A DNA stretch of 32,000 nucleotides from an uncultured archaeon (GTDB taxonomy: Archaea > Iainarchaeota > Iainarchaeia > Iainarchaeales > JAAZKV01). How positions within the stretch are numbered: position 1 is the stretch's first letter; every line of letters begins with the position of its first letter. Position numbers and translations under genes: made by a program. This document shows positions 1 to 8,549 of the stretch, piece by piece. The stretch is taken from assembly GCA_964551375.1 (NCBI GenBank), contig CAZKBG010000001.1, positions 480,001 to 512,000 on the forward strand. Reading direction: 5' to 3'. Below the pieces are notes generated by a model. It saw only the letters and a list, made by a program, of their open reading frames with translations. It was not told the DNA's origin and ran no database searches.

Positions 1-2
1 CA

Positions 3-746
3 AACAAAAAAGCGCCTTTAAAAAATTTAAGAATTGAAATAGTCCCTGATTCAGAATCAAGCGCGACAAGCGAGTGGATTAGATTTGCAGAGCCAAGCGC
101 AGAAAGCCGCCTTGTAAAAACAGCCGACGAATTACTGCCAAACACCACGCTCACAGTGACTGTGTTTGTTGAACCCCCAATTGAATCAAAAATAGGCGAT
201 TCGTTCCAGGGAAGCTTCAAAATTAACGCATTATCAATGAACGGAGAAGTGTCAAAAGTAATGAACTTAGAAGTTACAAAAGAAATCAAAGCGCTCCTCA
301 ACCTTGTGATTACACCACAAAATCCATCAATAACATGCAAAACAAGCGACAGCATATGCACAACACTCCAATACAGAAATGTAAGCGGAACTCCGACAGC
401 ATACCTTGAAAATGTGGGGGATATAACAATACTAAAGCCAATAAATATTGCAATTGATGTTTCAGACCCTACAACAAGCACGCTTTGCACTTCATGGATT
501 TCAACATTCAACCCAGATTCAGGAATGCCTGACGGAGCAGGCGGGTACAACATACAAAAAGATTTGACTGCAAAAGGAACAACAGGAAGCAAAACTTCTG
601 TTGAAATGGATATTACATCAGTGATTACAGACGAATCAACACAAATAACATGCCCAATAAAATACACTTTCACAGACCCAACAACTGATTTAGTAAAAAC
701 AAGCAAACTTTCAATGACAATAAAAAGAACAATAAGCACATCATAA
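3..746 (+). CDS. C-terminal part of a larger secreted/surface-type protein (5' end outside the window)
   Basis: The frame of the 156..746 ORF stays open back to base 3 (hand translation NKKAPLKNLRIEIVPDSESSATSEW..., no stop), so GTG 156 is internal. The sequence is T/S/N-rich and beta-strand-like with scattered Cys. No catalytic motif recognised. Confidence 0.55.
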   Translation, partial: NKKAPLKNLRIEIVPDSESSATSEWIRFAEPSAESRLVKTADELLPNTTLTVTVFVEPPIESKIGDSFQGSFKINALSMNGEVSKVMNLEVTKEIKALLNLVITPQNPSITCKTSDSICTTLQYRNVSGTPTAYLENVGDITILKPINIAIDVSDPTTSTLCTSWISTFNPDSGMPDGAGGYNIQKDLTAKGTTGSKTSVEMDITSVITDESTQITCPIKYTFTDPTTDLVKTSKLSMTIKRTISTS

Positions 747-754
747 AAACCGGC

Positions 755-760
755 TTTTTT
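755..760 (+). terminator. oligo-T tract just after the stop codon (archaeal-type terminator candidate)
   Basis: TAA at 744-746 is followed by ...ccggcTTTTTT. Archaeal RNAP terminates at T-runs. Confidence 0.3.
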
Positions 761-819
761 AAATTATTCAACCCCCCAACCAAAAAGCTTTTTATTGTAC
801 AAACCCCAAATACTATCGC

Positions 820-1440
820 ATGCCAATTGAACAAATAAAGCCTATACGCTATACTGACGGCTATGAAAGCGCTGAAAAAGAAGACGATGAAATAGTACTA
901 CCTTCGCTTAGTGAACTTCGAAAAAAAACAATGGACAAAGAGAAAACCATTGAAGACTCCCACAAGCAGATTCACACTGCAATTAAATCAGCCGCCCTTC
1001 CTCGAAAATCATCCGAAAGATACGACAAACAGTTTGGAAAAAAGAACGAACGAAGAGCATACAAGTGGGCAATCGCATTATTCTGCATCGCAATTGTAAT
1101 AACATTCTTTGCCCAGCCAAGCATAGTATTCACAACATCAGGAAGCGCGCTCCTGCTAAAAAATTACTCAGGAAGGGAAATAACTAATGTAACTGTTTTC
1201 ACTTCAGATGATTTATTAAGCTCTCAAAAAACGCCTTATGCAGTTTTTGACAGCATCAAACCGTTTGAAGAAAAAGAAATAAAAAGCGACAAAGTCCGAA
1301 TGCTCATAGCCCTAAGCGACAGACAGCTTCCCGCAGTAGGAGTTGCGCCAATTTCCGACCAAAACATTAATAATGACAAAAACTCTAATACTCCTGCAAG
1401 CCTAAATGATATTTACAACCAAGTAAAGGGTGGACAATAA
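820..1440 (+). CDS. hypothetical single-pass membrane protein
   Basis: ATG start. One hydrophobic helix (WAIALFCIAIVITFFAQPSIVF) follows a charged N-terminus. Purine-rich coding strand like neighbouring genes. No recognisable domain. Confidence 0.5.
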   Translation: MPIEQIKPIRYTDGYESAEKEDDEIVLPSLSELRKKTMDKEKTIEDSHKQIHTAIKSAALPRKSSERYDKQFGKKNERRAYKWAIALFCIAIVITFFAQPSIVFTTSGSALLLKNYSGREITNVTVFTSDDLLSSQKTPYAVFDSIKPFEEKEIKSDKVRMLIALSDRQLPAVGVAPISDQNINNDKNSNTPASLNDIYNQVKGGQ

Positions 1441-2096
1441 TGCCTGCTGATGAAAAAAGCATAATAAAAATAATCCAGAAAATGGTACAGGACAACGAGC
1501 CTGAACAAAAAATAGTTGAAACCCTTCAAAGCATGGGAGTAGAACAAGACCAGGCAAAAAGACTCTTATTGATTGCGCAGGCGGATACTTTCACTCTTCT
1601 TGGAGCGGAGCTTGATAAAATTGTTGCAGAAAAAATGGCTGTTCAAAAAGAAATCCTGCAAAAAGAATCCGCAGCATTTATTAATAATGTTTTAGAGCAA
1701 AAGAAAAAAGAAATACGAGTTGAAATGGAGAAAGAGCTCCTTAGATACAAAACAGATTTGTTTGACAATCAGAAAAAATTCCAGGACAGCATTAACGAAT
1801 CCATCGAAAAAATCGCAAAACTAAACGAGCAATCCTACGCGATGAGCGAAGAAAACAAAAAAATGATAGAAACTGTGAATAAAGACTTGTCAGAGACAAA
1901 ATTAAAGGGAATAAAAGTAAGGCGCTCAATTGCAAGAACAATGCTAATGGTATTTGGAATAGCTGCATTTTTAGCCGCAGGCGGGTTAATAGTTTACACG
2001 CTCTTTGTAACCCAATTCAACATGGACCACTTGACAAGCGCAATAGTGCTGGCAATAATAGGCGCTGCGCTCACATATCTTTCAACTAACATCTAA
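1440..2096 (+). CDS. hypothetical coiled-coil protein with two C-terminal TM helices
   Basis: ATG overlaps the upstream stop (ATAATG). Long K/E/Q-rich heptad-like region, then MLMVFGIAAFLAAGGLIVYTLF and AIVLAIIGAALTYL. The N-terminal MGVEQDQAKRLLLIA resembles a UBA-like helix pair only weakly. Confidence 0.55.
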   Translation: MPADEKSIIKIIQKMVQDNEPEQKIVETLQSMGVEQDQAKRLLLIAQADTFTLLGAELDKIVAEKMAVQKEILQKESAAFINNVLEQKKKEIRVEMEKELLRYKTDLFDNQKKFQDSINESIEKIAKLNEQSYAMSEENKKMIETVNKDLSETKLKGIKVRRSIARTMLMVFGIAAFLAAGGLIVYTLFVTQFNMDHLTSAIVLAIIGAALTYLSTNI

Positions 2097-2202
2097 AACA
2101 AAATCCCTCAACGCTTTTAACTTACTTTTAAAGTGCTTTAAAACGCTTCAGCAGAGCTTTTTATTCCTTTCTTAGACAAATTTTGTATAAGAGTTGAACA
2201 AA

Positions 2203-3708
2203 ATGGCAATAGACAAGAAAAAGGACTTTCAATTAGAACTGGCAAAATACTTATCAGAAAAAGACTTTGTATACGGACCAGAGCCAGAACTATATACTCC
2301 AGTGGCAGGATTTTATTCATACGGACTTGTTGGAAAAGCAATGAAGAACAAGCTTGAAAACACAATCAGAGAAGTATTTACAAGAAACAATTTCTTTGAA
2401 GTTGAATTTCCTCTTATTACTCCAGAAATAATCTGGGAAGCAAGCGGACACTTAAAAGGATTTAACGACCCTATAATCATATGCTCAAAATGCAAGGGCT
2501 CATTTAGAGCGGATAAATTAATTGAAGAACAGACCGGAATTTCAGCAGACCACTTTAAAGATGCTGAATTAATTTCAACAATAAAAGATAAAGAAGTAAA
2601 CTGTCCTTCATGCAAAGGCAGATTCAATCTTGAAATACAAAGACAAAGCCTTATGATGAAAACAACAATAGGAAAAGATGTTGTCGCATACAACAGACCT
2701 GAAACAGCAACAACAACTTACCTGCCCTTTAAGCATTATGTAAGTTTTTTCAGAGGAAAATTGCCTTTTACAGTTTTTCAAATAGGAAAAGCATTCAGAA
2801 ACGAAATCTCTCCAAGACAGCACCTATTAAGGCAGAGAGAATTCACACAGGCAGAATCGCAGATGTTTTTAAGCAAAGAAATGAAAACTGACTTTGCGTG
2901 GTTTAATGATGTAAAAGAAACAGAGCTTCCGCTTTGGACTGAAGAAATGCAAAAAACAAAAAAAGAATGGAAATTTATTTCGCTTTCAAAAGCAATGGAA
3001 CAAAAATTTTTAAAAAACAAAGCATATGCATGGAACTTGTGGCTTTCTTATGAAATATTAACAAGCGCGGGAATTCCAAAAGAAAAAGTCAGATTCAGAC
3101 AGCACCACTCCGACGAGCGCGCATTCTATTCCGATGACACATGGGACCTTGAAGTTCAGTTAAACTCATTCGGCTGGGTTGAAATGGTTGGAATAAGCGA
3201 CAGAACAAATTATGACTTATCCCAGCACTCAAAATTCTCAAAACAGGAGCTGACTGTTAGAACTGAAGACGGCAAAGTATTCATCCCAGACGTTATTGAG
3301 ATAGCCTTTGGAGTGGACAGACCATTTTACGCCCTCCTTGACATAGCATTTTTTAGAAGAGAAGCGGATGCGCAAAGAACAGTGCTCTCACTCCCGCCAA
3401 AAATGGCACCAATAGAAGTAGGAGTACTCCCTCTTTTGAAAAAAGACGAACTTCCAGAAAAAGGAAAAGAAGTTCTTAATGCGCTTAAAGGATTTAGAAC
3501 ATACTACGACGAAAGCGGAAGCATTGGAAAGAGATACTCAAGGCTTGACGCAATAGGAGTGCCTTACTGCATTACAATTGACCACGATTCATTAAAAGAC
3601 AATTCAGTAACAATAAGAGAACGCGACACATTAAAACAAATAAGAGCAAAAATACCTGACTTGGCAGTTAAATTAAGAAACGCAATAGATGCTGGAAAGC
3701 TTGAATAA
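2203..3708 (+). CDS. glyS: glycyl-tRNA synthetase, archaeal/eukaryal alpha2 type
   Basis: Class II motif-2 block FRNEISPRQHLLRQREFTQAE, CSKCKGSFRADKLIEE insertion, and C-terminal anticodon-binding block VGVLPL...GSIGKRYSRLDAIGVPYCITID. The track start at 2194 is TTG; the first ATG at 2203 (MAIDKKK) is preferred. Confidence 0.9.
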   Translation: MAIDKKKDFQLELAKYLSEKDFVYGPEPELYTPVAGFYSYGLVGKAMKNKLENTIREVFTRNNFFEVEFPLITPEIIWEASGHLKGFNDPIIICSKCKGSFRADKLIEEQTGISADHFKDAELISTIKDKEVNCPSCKGRFNLEIQRQSLMMKTTIGKDVVAYNRPETATTTYLPFKHYVSFFRGKLPFTVFQIGKAFRNEISPRQHLLRQREFTQAESQMFLSKEMKTDFAWFNDVKETELPLWTEEMQKTKKEWKFISLSKAMEQKFLKNKAYAWNLWLSYEILTSAGIPKEKVRFRQHHSDERAFYSDDTWDLEVQLNSFGWVEMVGISDRTNYDLSQHSKFSKQELTVRTEDGKVFIPDVIEIAFGVDRPFYALLDIAFFRREADAQRTVLSLPPKMAPIEVGVLPLLKKDELPEKGKEVLNALKGFRTYYDESGSIGKRYSRLDAIGVPYCITIDHDSLKDNSVTIRERDTLKQIRAKIPDLAVKLRNAIDAGKLE

Positions 3709-4570
3709 GAAAAAAATAGAAAAAGTTGATTATATGGACAGCAGAACTGAATTAAGAAAAAAACTACTCGCAAAAACACGCGAAAAAATAAATGAAAAAC
3801 TTGCTGGACGCGAAATTCACATAATTAAAGCGGTAAACTTACTAAGCGACCTTGATTCAATTGAAAATTTAATGAAAGAAAATGCGAGCGAGTGGAAAAG
3901 CCGAGCTCCAACTGGAAAAGCCCTTACTGAATACACTGAGCTTGAAGAAAACTCCAAAAAAATCGAGGCTGAAAAGGCAAAGCTTTCAGAATTTGTAGTA
4001 AACGAAATGAAACTCGAATTTCCAAACTTCTCGGAAATCGCAACTCCAATAATCGGAGCAAAACTTCTCTCAAGCGCAGGCTCTAAAAAAAGATTATGCT
4101 TTATGCCAGCGTCAACAGTGCAGGTTCTTGGAGCTGAAAAAGCATTATTTGCGCATATGAAACAGAATGCGAAAAGCCCAAAGCACGGACACTTATTCAA
4201 CCACCCACTGCTTCAAAAGCTTTCAAGGGGAAAAAGAGGAAAAGCGGCAAGAGTAATAGCAGGAAAACTTGCAATTGCGCTGAAACAGGATTACTTTAAA
4301 GGCGAGAATACTTCAAAAGAAGTAATAAAAGAACTTGAAATTCATATTGCAAAAATTGCGGCAGAGCCTGAAAAAGAAAAAGCACGCCCAGGAAAAGACG
4401 AACGAAGACACACAAGCTTTTCAGATTACCAGCAGAATAGAAACAGGCCGATGCAAAGAAGCGGATTTGGCGACAAAAGAGAAACAAGCTCAAGAGATAA
4501 AAGAAATAGAAGAAACGACAAGCCAAAATTTAGAATTGAAGGAACCCCATCATTTCAAAAACGAAAATAA
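3689..4570 (+). CDS. nop5: Nop5 (Nop56/58-family box C/D RNP protein), short form with basic C-terminal tail
   Basis: NOP domain GAKLLSSAGSKKRLCFMPASTVQVLGAEKALFAHMKQNAKSPKHGHLFNHPLL...RGKAARVIAGKLAIALKQDYF. It lies directly upstream of fibrillarin, as in the conserved archaeal gene pair. ATG 3689 overlaps the glyS end by 20 nt; ATG 3734 is an alternative start. Confidence 0.85.
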   Translation: MLESLNKKKIEKVDYMDSRTELRKKLLAKTREKINEKLAGREIHIIKAVNLLSDLDSIENLMKENASEWKSRAPTGKALTEYTELEENSKKIEAEKAKLSEFVVNEMKLEFPNFSEIATPIIGAKLLSSAGSKKRLCFMPASTVQVLGAEKALFAHMKQNAKSPKHGHLFNHPLLQKLSRGKRGKAARVIAGKLAIALKQDYFKGENTSKEVIKELEIHIAKIAAEPEKEKARPGKDERRHTSFSDYQQNRNRPMQRSGFGDKRETSSRDKRNRRNDKPKFRIEGTPSFQKRK

Positions 4571-4610
4571 ACGAGTCAGCTAAATTCACTAATTAAGCCA
4601 AAAATCAGCA

Positions 4611-4617
4611 TTTTTTT
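4611..4617 (+). terminator. T7 tract downstream of nop5
   Basis: cagcaTTTTTTTcc lies 41 nt after the nop5 stop. It is followed by TATAAAAAA (4623-4631) about 35 nt upstream of the flpA ATG. Confidence 0.3.
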
Positions 4618-4662
4618 CCACTATAAAAAACTATTAAAAGCACAAACTACCACATGTAGCTT

Positions 4663-5328
4663 ATGAAAGAACTCTTTGACGGAATCTTTAACAATGGAAA
4701 GTCAGTGTACACAAAAAACCTAATTCCTGGAAAAAAAGTATATGGTGAAAAGCTTGTCAAAGAAAATGGCACAGAATACAGAGAATGGGACGCTCACAGA
4801 TCAAAATACTGCGCCGCAATAAAAAACGGGCTTACTGAAAGCATTTTCCACCGCGGCGAGCACGTTCTTTATTTAGGAAGCGCAGAAGGAACAACAGTAA
4901 GCCACGTATCAGACATAGTTGGAGAGGAAGGAAGCGTATTCTGCATTGACATAAGCGAAATAGCAATGATGAAACTTGTAAAACTTGCAGAAGAGCGGGC
5001 AAATATTATGCCAATCGTGAGCGACGCACAGAACATCAAAAATTACAAAGAGACTATTAATGAAATAGCAGGTGAAGTTGATTCACTTTTCCAAGACATA
5101 TCCCAGCGCAACCAGGCGGAAATATTTGTAAGAAACGCCGATTGCTTAAAAAAAGGCGGACTTGGGGCATTAACTATCAAAACCAAGAGTATTTCCCAAT
5201 CCAAAGGCAAAGACGAAGTCCTTGAAAACGAAACCGAGCTTCTAAAAAAAGCATTTGATATAATACAAATAGTGAATCTTGAGCCTTTTGAAAAACACCA
5301 CTATATGGTTTTAGTAAAAAAGAAGTGA
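4663..5328 (+). CDS. flpA: fibrillarin-like rRNA/tRNA 2'-O-methyltransferase
   Basis: YREWDAHRSKYCAAI, SAM-binding VLYLGSAEGTTVSHVSDIVG, DISQRNQAEI. Length about 220 aa. Sits next to nop5. Confidence 0.92.
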   Translation: MKELFDGIFNNGKSVYTKNLIPGKKVYGEKLVKENGTEYREWDAHRSKYCAAIKNGLTESIFHRGEHVLYLGSAEGTTVSHVSDIVGEEGSVFCIDISEIAMMKLVKLAEERANIMPIVSDAQNIKNYKETINEIAGEVDSLFQDISQRNQAEIFVRNADCLKKGGLGALTIKTKSISQSKGKDEVLENETELLKKAFDIIQIVNLEPFEKHHYMVLVKKK

Positions 5329-5975
5329 ATATAATGATAAAATCTGCAAAACACACTCGCAAAAAAATTCAAAATACCCCTAACCCGATAAAAACAAGAC
5401 TTCCATTAAGCGAACTAAAAAGAAAAATAATCCACATACTGTTTGGAATGATATTTATCTCGCTTATTTATTTCACAGGCACAGAAATGAGCTTAAAAAT
5501 TTTAGGAATATGCCTATCTCTTGGAGTAATATTTTCTCTGATGATAAAGAAAGGAATGAACATTCCATTTTTGAAAAATATTGTGGAAAGTGTTGAGAGA
5601 GACAATGAAAAAATATTCCCAGGCAAAGCGGCAGTATATTTCTTTATCTCCGCAATAATTGTTTTATTTATTTTCAAAGACAATCCGCAAATAGCTCTTG
5701 CCGCATTAAGCGTTGAAATATTCGCGGACGCAGCAGCAGCGCTTGTTGGAATGAGCTTTGGAAAAATAAGAATATACCGAAAGAAAACGCTTGAAGGAAC
5801 GCTTACCTGCTTTATTGTGGCAACAGTAACCGCATGGTACTTCTTCCCAATGCAGCTTCCAATAGCAATAATAGCCGGAATTGTGGCAACCATAGTAGAA
5901 GTGCTTCCACTTGATGATAATTTGTGGGTGCCCTTAATTACAGCAACCGCGATAAAAGCTGCGCTAATGTTCTAA
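5325..5975 (+). CDS. polytopic membrane protein of the dolichol/phytol kinase (CTP-dependent polyprenol kinase, COG0170-like) family
   Basis: Family-like pattern ELKRKIIH ... ERDNEKIFPGK ... FADAAAALVGMSFGK..(K)KTLEGT ... EVLPLDDNLWVPL across about 6 TM helices. GTG 5325 overlaps the flpA stop (GTGA); ATG 5334 is an alternative start. Confidence 0.6.
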   Translation: MNIMIKSAKHTRKKIQNTPNPIKTRLPLSELKRKIIHILFGMIFISLIYFTGTEMSLKILGICLSLGVIFSLMIKKGMNIPFLKNIVESVERDNEKIFPGKAAVYFFISAIIVLFIFKDNPQIALAALSVEIFADAAAALVGMSFGKIRIYRKKTLEGTLTCFIVATVTAWYFFPMQLPIAIIAGIVATIVEVLPLDDNLWVPLITATAIKAALMF

Positions 5976-6030
5976 AACAGCCAAAAAAACACCAACCAAA
6001 AAACAATATAAAACTTCACTTCAAAAGCAT

Positions 6031-6040
6031 CTATAATAGC
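6031..6040 (+). promoter_or_regulatory. TATA-like box for tRNA-Arg
   Basis: cTATAATAgc is centred about 28 nt upstream of tRNA position 1 (6063), the usual archaeal TATA-to-TSS spacing. Confidence 0.4.
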
Positions 6041-6062
6041 AAAGCTAAATGCCAAAACTTAT

Positions 6063-6134
6063 AGGCTGGTAGTATAGTGGATAGTATCGCGCACTCCTAA
6101 GGCGTAGACCCGGGTTCAATTCCCGGCCAGCCTG
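6063..6134 (+). tRNA. tRNA-Arg (anticodon CCU), no intron, no encoded CCA
   Basis: Hand-folded cloverleaf. Acceptor AGGCTGG/CCAGCCT (7 bp). D arm GTAT-AGTGGATA-GTAT. Anticodon arm GCGCA-CTCCTAA-GGCGT (T33, anticodon CCT, A37; the 31:39 pair is an A/G mismatch). 4-nt variable region. T arm CCGGG-TTCAATT-CCCGG. Discriminator G at 6134. Confidence 0.8.
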
Positions 6135-6140
6135 TAAAAA

Positions 6141-6443
6141 TTAGTCTGTTTTATGCTCGCCAAAAACAATTGTAACTTCTTTTAATAAAACTATCAAAGA
6201 AATAATTGCAACCAGCAAAAACAGCCAGTACCCTTCAGCAGTTCCCCTGAAAACATCTCCGCTGATTGTTCCCCAAATCTGACCTGCAGAAATCAAAAAT
6301 GCTGCAAGCGAAACAACAAGCGCGGCTTTATCGCTATCCCTTTTGTTCTTTTTATTAAAAAAGAAATAATACGCTACAAAAAGGAAAACAAAAAAGAGGA
6401 TTATGCTCATGTCCCCAAACCAGCTGCCAAAGAAATTAACCAT
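6141..6443 (-). CDS. small hypothetical membrane protein (about 100 aa, 3 hydrophobic helices)
   Basis: The track ORF 6141..6575 would overlap the divergent 6539 gene. The internal ATG at 6443 (MVNFFGSWFGDMSIILFFVF...) gives a compact all-TM protein. The upstream 44 codons look non-coding. Confidence 0.45.
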   Translation of the reverse strand: MVNFFGSWFGDMSIILFFVFLFVAYYFFFNKKNKRDSDKAALVVSLAAFLISAGQIWGTISGDVFRGTAEGYWLFLLVAIISLIVLLKEVTIVFGEHKTD

Positions 6444-6538
6444 ACAAAAATAGTGACAAAAACTGTATTTATACTTAATTGCGCGGGCTATGAGAAGCTT
6501 TTTATTGGCAAAAATCGTAATAAGAGTGGCGATTAGAT

Positions 6539-7423
6539 TTGGCTGATTATTTATACGACCACTCAAAAAAACCAATTAGAATACTCGGGATAGCCACAGC
6601 AAAAAGACGAAAGTACGAATGCGCGGCAGAAGACCCCATTAGCACTGAATTATTAAAAATTACACTAAAAGAAGCTGAAAAATCAGGCGCAGAAACACAG
6701 CTTATTGATTTGCACGACTTAAAAATAGGCGCATGCAAAGAATGCTACTCATCGTGCCCTGCGCAGTGCAGATTCAGCGAAAAAATATTCCGATGCGACT
6801 GCTACGTGCGAACACATGACCATTTATACGCAAAAAAAGGAGGGGCTATGAAAATAGAAGACGCTTATGACAAGTTAAGCAAAAAAGAATTCTTTGAAGC
6901 ATACAATGATGAAGGAATGTTTTCCCCGCGCGATGATATGCATTTAGTTTACAAAGCAATGATGAACGCCGATGCAATAATATTTTCTTCATTCACAAGC
7001 TTTTATTCCCGCCCCGCATTAATGCAGGTAATGCTCTCACGTTTATGCGCGCTTGACGGCGGAGTGGAAGAACTCTGGGGCGACGGCAAGAATCTAAAAG
7101 CATCATACGCGTACGTAAAGAAAAATGGAAAATATAAACAAAGGCTTTACGGCAGGCATGTTGGGTTCATTAATTCAAGCAAAGAAGGCGACATGGTGAC
7201 TCCTGATTTACTAAAAGCATGCACTATGATGGGAATGAAAAATATTCCTCTTGGAGTATCATACCATGTGTCATGGTACAATGACGCAAGCCACAAAACC
7301 GACAAAAAAAGCGCGCTCAACGACAAATACACTCTGCGCCTCGCAAAAGAAATGGCTAAAAAAATGGTTGAAGAAATAAAACAAAGCACACGCAAATACG
7401 GCAAAATTGTTGATTTAGTCTAA
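6539..7423 (+). CDS. flavodoxin-fold NAD(P)H-dependent FMN reductase / iron-sulfur-flavoprotein-like protein
   Basis: N-terminal IRILGIATAKR...STELLKITLKEAEKSGAETQLIDL followed by a compact Cys cluster CKECYSSCPAQC, and later ADAIIFSSFTSFYSRPALMQVMLSR, typical of the flavodoxin-like FMN reductase fold. TTG start (no upstream ATG in frame). Confidence 0.5.
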   Translation: MADYLYDHSKKPIRILGIATAKRRKYECAAEDPISTELLKITLKEAEKSGAETQLIDLHDLKIGACKECYSSCPAQCRFSEKIFRCDCYVRTHDHLYAKKGGAMKIEDAYDKLSKKEFFEAYNDEGMFSPRDDMHLVYKAMMNADAIIFSSFTSFYSRPALMQVMLSRLCALDGGVEELWGDGKNLKASYAYVKKNGKYKQRLYGRHVGFINSSKEGDMVTPDLLKACTMMGMKNIPLGVSYHVSWYNDASHKTDKKSALNDKYTLRLAKEMAKKMVEEIKQSTRKYGKIVDLV

Positions 7424-7445
7424 ATCGCACGCCAAGCGCAGCAAA

Positions 7446-7745
7446 TTACCTGCCGAACTTTTTCAAATCAATAAAGCCCTTTTCTGAAATCTTAATTCCC
7501 TCTTTTCTAAGCTTCGCTATTTTTGCTTTTGTTCCAAAAGCATACCCTCCGACAAAACCATCGCTTCTAACTACCCTGTGGCAGGGAACTTTTTGAGTGT
7601 CGGGATTTTTATTCAGCGCATTTCCAACAGCTCTTGCTGAATTAGGAATTCCAACAGTCTTTGCAATCGCAGAATAAGTTGAAACTTTCCCTTTAGGAAT
7701 TTTTGCGCACATAGAATAGACTTTTTTGGCAAAAGATTGCACCAT
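7446..7745 (-). CDS. ogt: methylated-DNA--protein-cysteine methyltransferase (single C-terminal domain form)
   Basis: Active-site PCHRVV plus IPKGKVSTYSAIA...ARAVGNALNKNP. 99 aa. Confidence 0.85.
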   Translation of the reverse strand: MVQSFAKKVYSMCAKIPKGKVSTYSAIAKTVGIPNSARAVGNALNKNPDTQKVPCHRVVRSDGFVGGYAFGTKAKIAKLRKEGIKISEKGFIDLKKFGR

Positions 7746-7802
7746 AAAGAAAACGAAGTAATAGAAATCATTATTAAGTCCATCTGAAGCAATATATCTA
7801 AG

Positions 7803-8519
7803 ATGGATAAATTAGCAATGACAATAGCCGGAGAAATAACTCTCTCAAGCGACCCTGGCGGAAGCATGAAAAAATGGAGAGAAATATTCGCAGTCCACCA
7901 GACGGAACTTGCCGGATTTTTAAAAGTGTCATCTTCAACAATTTCAGATTACGAAGGAGGAAGAAGAAAAAACCCTGGAATAGGCGTAATTGCAAGATTT
8001 GTAAACGCATTAATTGATATTGATAAAAACAGAGGCGGAAAGGTAGTAAAACAGCTTGAGAAAGACTTTGCGCAGGAAAGAAGCACCGCATTTGAAAGCC
8101 ATGAATTCACTTCAGGATTAAAAGCAACTGAGTTAGTAAAAAAAGTAAACGGGGAAGTTGTATGCCTGCCTCATAAAATAAAAGAAGAAACAGTTTTCGG
8201 CTACACAATAATTGATTCAATCAAAATGATACTAGAAGTTCCCGTTCATGAATACATGATGATTTACGGCAAAACTCCGAACAGAGTGCTTGTATTTAGG
8301 CACGTTGAAAACGGAAGAAGCCCAATGATTGCGGTAAAAGTGGGAAGATTCTCAACAGATATGAAACCCAGCATGATAATTCTAAACGGAGTATTCAGCG
8401 CGGATAAACCTGTTGACCCGCTTGCAATAAAAATTGCTGAAAGCGAGAAGATTCCGCTTGTAACAACAGCAATGCCGATTGAAGAACTAATTAAAGCTCT
8501 TGGCGAATTTGAGAAATAA
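7803..8519 (+). CDS. XRE-type HTH transcriptional regulator with an uncharacterised C-terminal domain (COG2522-like archaeal family)
   Basis: MKKWREIFAVHQTELAGFLKVSSSTISDYEGGRRKNP is a Cro/C1-type HTH. The C-terminal region of about 150 aa has no motif I recognise. Confidence 0.5.
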   Translation: MDKLAMTIAGEITLSSDPGGSMKKWREIFAVHQTELAGFLKVSSSTISDYEGGRRKNPGIGVIARFVNALIDIDKNRGGKVVKQLEKDFAQERSTAFESHEFTSGLKATELVKKVNGEVVCLPHKIKEETVFGYTIIDSIKMILEVPVHEYMMIYGKTPNRVLVFRHVENGRSPMIAVKVGRFSTDMKPSMIILNGVFSADKPVDPLAIKIAESEKIPLVTTAMPIEELIKALGEFEK

Positions 8520-8549
8520 AAAAAGCTTAAAACAAAAATAATAATATAA

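Noticed and set aside
2110-2150. Apparent inverted repeat AACGCTTTTAA ... TTAAAACGCTT upstream of glyS.
   Set aside because: On checking, the arms are not reverse complements (GCG vs CGC core). Only a 7-nt direct repeat AACGCTT remains, which is not significant.
2313-5893. Minus-strand ORFs inside glyS, nop5, flpA and the kinase-like gene (e.g. 2313..2693, 2778..3020, 3817..4200, 4296..4526, 5468..5893), plus the +2-frame ORF 4335..4583.
   Set aside because: They overlap genes with strong family signatures. Their products are Phe/Leu/Ser/Cys-rich low-complexity sequences, as expected from the reverse complement of the A-rich, Lys/Glu-rich coding strand.
6444-6575. N-terminal 44 codons of the track ORF 6141..6575 (minus strand).
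   Set aside because: The extension would overlap the divergent 6539 gene and its promoter region and is not membrane-protein-like. The internal ATG at 6443 gives a coherent small TM protein.
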